A stretch of 64,000 nucleotides of DNA from NCBI RefSeq assembly GCF_018350175.1, contig NC_058382.1, forward strand, positions 52,888,001 to 52,952,000, written 5' to 3'. Within the stretch, counting starts at the first letter, position 1. Every line of letters begins with the position of its first letter. The notes under the pieces are model-generated. The model worked only from the letters and a program-made list of their open reading frames with translations, had not been told where the DNA came from and ran no database searches. Position numbers and translations under genes: made by a program. Source of the DNA: Felis catus (taxonomy: Eukaryota). Positions 60,755 through 64,000 of the stretch are shown piece by piece.

Positions 60755-61135
60755 AGCGATAGCTTTGAGTCAGATCTGCATACCAAACTCGGCCCACCAG
60801 TTAGTTTCTTTATGAGCCCAGGCAAGATGTTTAGCCTTTTTGAGCTGTGGTTTATCTAGTGATGAAATGGGAGTCATGGGGCGTCTGGGTGGCACAGTCG
60901 GTTAAGCGTCCGACATCAGCCAGGTCACGATCTCGCGGTCCGTGAGTTCGAGCCCCGCGTCAGGCTCTGGGCTGATAGCTCGGAGCCTGGAGCCTGTTTC
61001 CGATTCTGTGTCTCCCTCTCTCTCTGCCCCTCCCCCGGTCATGCTCTGTCTCTCTCTGTCCCCCCCAAAAAAAAAAAAAAAAAAGAAAAGAAATGGAAGT
61101 CATAATATTAGTGCAGATTAGAGAAAACAGTTGTG
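60755..61135 (+). mobile_element. MIR interrupted by a young SINE
   Basis: AAGAGCGATAGCTTTGAGTCAGA...GGCAAGATGTTTAGCCTTTTTGAGCTGTGGTTT...GAAATGGGA. Confidence 0.65.
60878..61089 (+). mobile_element. Young felid-type Can-SINE (SINEC_Fc-like)
   Basis: TSD GAAATGG(G/A)AGTCAT at 60864-60877 and 61090-61103; CpG-rich body. Confidence 0.96.
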
Positions 61136-61139
61136 TGTG

Positions 61140-61276
61140 TTTATGAATACATGTAACATACATAAAATTTACATAATTAGGTGCATGCATATACATATAA
61201 ACGCATGTACACACATGCACATGTGTGTGCCAGGTGCACACACATGTGCATATACACATGCACACACACATGCGCA
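61140..61276. repeat. Alternating purine-pyrimidine (CA/TA/TG) low-complexity tract
   Basis: ATACAT/GCACAC/ATGTGT units. Confidence 0.85.
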
Positions 61277-61527
61277 GCTCCTGGCACCTAATCTGATTCA
61301 GTAGTGGTGGCTGTTGTTGGTACTGCTGCTGTTACTCCTATCTCCATGACTATGACTGTGTCAACGTTGCAGATAGAGGAGGCCACCTTCCGCGCCTCCA
61401 AAAAAATTTTTCTGTGTCTTATTTAACACAGCCCTTATTAAACAGGGTTGCTAAGTTAGATAGAGGCAACCCTGGATTTGCTCGCAGAATACGAGGAAAA
61501 GAGGAGTGCCAGGGTATTTGATAAAAA

Positions 61528-61700
61528 CACAGCACGGTGTTTAAGAGCATTGCTGCTGGAGTTCAGCAGAGCTCACTTCAATCCTCCCTCTGCCCTGTAC
61601 CAGCTAAATGACCTTGAACTAGTTTTTTATCTCAGTTTCTTTATCCCTATGAGGGAGTTTGTTATTGTGCCTCCCTTCCACCCAAGGCCATTGCAAGGCT
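61528..61700 (+). mobile_element. MIR
   Basis: GTGTTTAAGAGCATTG...TGACCTTGAAC...CTCAGTTTCTTTATC. Confidence 0.7.
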
Positions 61701-63028
61701 GAAATGGGGAGCCCATAGCGTGAGTTTTGCGCATAAAACCAACAGCCAACAAATATTAACAAATAGAATGTGTTATTAACAAATAGAATATTTACAAATA
61801 GAATGACAAATCGAATGGAAAACGTTTTAGAATAAGTTATATCCAGACTGTTTACTTTGACAAGTACTCCTTCTACAACCTTCCTGGGTTATCTTGCAGT
61901 TGTCCCTTTAGGTAGGAAACTCTAATCCTTGACTTTCCCTCTCAGGGGCCATAAAGACCAACCACAGCCTAGAGATGTGACTCAGCCTATCCTAAAGATC
62001 TCAGTAAGCTGGCAGTGGCCAGGCCCCAGTGCACCTGTCTCCTATAGTTGTCTTTTTCTAGGGAATGTTTTTAAGTCTGTGGTGATTATTGGACAGTGGC
62101 TCACCCCCAAATCATCCCGTGATCTCTTGCTGACTGTTCCTACCTATAACAAAGGTGTCTGGTTTTACACAGTTGTTTTCACAGGCTGAGAGAGATGTTT
62201 GTATTTGTCTTTAGGTTGTTGGAATGCTGATATGAATCACCCATTGACTTATTCATTCAATAAATCCCCATGGAGGGCTTCCCATGTGAGAGTTATGGGG
62301 GCTCCAAGGAGGCATTTACTTCCTGGAAGTACACTTTCCTGCCCTGTAAGTTTTGAGTTAATGTCATGTAGATCAAAGTGACCCCCAGTTGTCTCTTTCA
62401 AGTTGAGGGGCTTCTTCTGGGCACTGTCAACCGATCTCCATACCATTGGTGTTCCCCTAATAGGCAATTTTGTTGGCAAATATGGAGGGGCATCGTCAGT
62501 TATCACCGGCCCTTGAGAAACAGGGATGCCCTTAAGGTTGACCCTAGGATGGAGGAGGACACAGTTAAGAACAGGCCTAGGGAGGAGTAAACAGTTTGCC
62601 ATTCGTTGGGCTATGACTTCCACTTTGGTCCTTCCAGCTTCTTCAGGCCATGCCAGGGTCTTGTGTCCTCAGCTGTCATGAGTCCCATAGTAAGTAGCTC
62701 AAGAGTTTGTTTTTTTTTAAGTACAGCCTACAAATCAGCAGTACTTTGAGGCTGTGCTGGTGGTCTGACTGTTGGCCCTGGCTGAGTCTGGGGGTCCTTC
62801 CCTGTGCTCCTGCAAAGCAGGTCTCCTGGGAAAGCTGCAGAATAGAAGCAAAGAGGTTGCTTTTCTGCCTCCTTGTTTGTCTGTAATTCATCTCCTGAGC
62901 CATCTTCCCAGCCTCTGGGAAGGGAATGTTCTCTCCAGAAAAAGTGCTTGTGGACAGATCTGGTTATTACTTACTGTTTAAAGAAAGCACCTCTCAACAG
63001 TCACACACAAGTGTTCGTTCAGGCCTTT

Positions 63029-63030
<2 letters not shown>

Positions 63031-63084
<54 letters not shown>
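63031..63084. repeat. Compound microsatellite (TC)n(AC)n
   Basis: (TC)n 63031-63052 then (AC)n 63053-63084. Confidence 0.97.
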
Positions 63085-63085
<1 letters not shown>

Positions 63086-63310
63086 AAGGCCTCTTTCCGA
63101 AACCAGTGTTTGTTGATGAGAGTTAGTGTATTATGCCTGAGGCCGGTCACGGCACACATCCCCTGGAGCTGTTGTATATTCTTTGAGAGACGCGGTGTAT
63201 ACAAACCCAGGAGGGAGAGTTGGGGAAAAGAGGAAGGAGCGAGGAGGGAAGAAAGTGAGAGAGAGAGTTAGTGGGAGAGACCAGAATAAGAGAAAATAAG
63301 GCAACACATA

Positions 63311-63560
63311 CAGAGCAGAGTAGTTAAATCTCTGTGCCCTGGGAACTGCCTGGGTTCTGTTGTGCTTTCCGCCAACTGGGTGATCTTGAGTAAGACCATT
63401 TGTCTCTCTGGGCTTCAGCTTCCTCCTTTGTACAGGGGGAGCCATCATTAAGGCACCTAATTTATAGAGTTGCTTTGAGCACCACAAGAGATAAGCATAC
63501 AAAGAACTTTGGACAATGCCCAGCATACAGTCGCTAATCAATAAATATTAATCATGGTAT
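63311..63560 (+). mobile_element. MIR, near full length
   Basis: GTAGTTAAAT...CTGCCTGGGTTC...CTTCAGCTTCCTCCTTTGTA...CAATGCCCAGCATACAGT...TCAATAAATATTA. Confidence 0.8.
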
Positions 63561-63934
63561 TAAAGCAAGAGAAAGAAGGAGCGCAGAGGGGGAAAGGAGA
63601 GGAAAATAAAAATGAGGGCAAGGGGGAGACTGTAGAGTGAAAAGTCAAGGGGAGAGAGAGAGAGAGACGGGGGGGGGGGAAGAGAGAGAGAGAAGAGAGG
63701 CACCAGTCTGTCTGTATATATGGAGTTAGTTGGGCTTTTTCTAGCCCAGCCGTGATTCCCTCTCTCCTGGCTTGGTTTACATAGAAACATGGAACGTCGG
63801 CTAAACACAGACTTTAGGCACATCCACAACAGGCAGGCGAGACTACCTTCACACACTGAGTGTGCCATGTAAAAGGCTTTTCCTCGGGGCAACTTTATGG
63901 CCCAGAAACCAAACTACAAAAACTATGGTACCTT

Positions 63935-63965
<31 letters not shown>
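63935..63965. repeat. (TTG)n microsatellite
   Basis: About 10 perfect units. Confidence 0.96.
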
Positions 63966-64000
63966 ACAGCGAAATAGAAATCGGTGCATTCACGTCTCTT

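Noticed and set aside
1..64000. Assignment of a host gene, or a novel multi-gene system
   Set aside because: No exon or RNA gene that I can recognise; nothing in the sequence supports naming a locus or claiming a new system

Overview
Mammalian genomic DNA from a carnivore, most likely a felid: it carries 21 tRNA-derived Can-SINE copies, three of them of a young cat-type (SINEC_Fc-like) form. I find no recognisable protein-coding exon, RNA gene, CRISPR array or prokaryotic system. The ORF track is explained by SINEs, simple repeats and chance; only two ORFs are real protein relics, both decayed LINE-1 ORF2p fragments. The window looks like a large intron or gene desert, filled with old repeats (MIR, L2, L1M, MLT1/MLT2/MER74 LTRs, MER5/MER58/MER63 DNA transposons) and interspersed repeat-free, homeodomain-motif-rich blocks that resemble conserved developmental enhancers (about 4.8-5.2, 11.6-12.0, 18.9-19.3, 29.8-30.3 and 59.5-59.7 kb). 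The most notable unexplained item is a ~285 bp non-repeat insert at 55171-55455 with a poly(A) signal, an A-rich tail and a 13 bp target-site duplication, i.e. a probable 5'-truncated retrocopy or orphan transduction. Also notable are two very closely spaced inverted SINE pairs and CpG-island-like patches built on ancient repeats. Repeat family names come from my recall of consensus sequences, not from a search; boundaries of old repeats are approximate. I could not identify the host locus.
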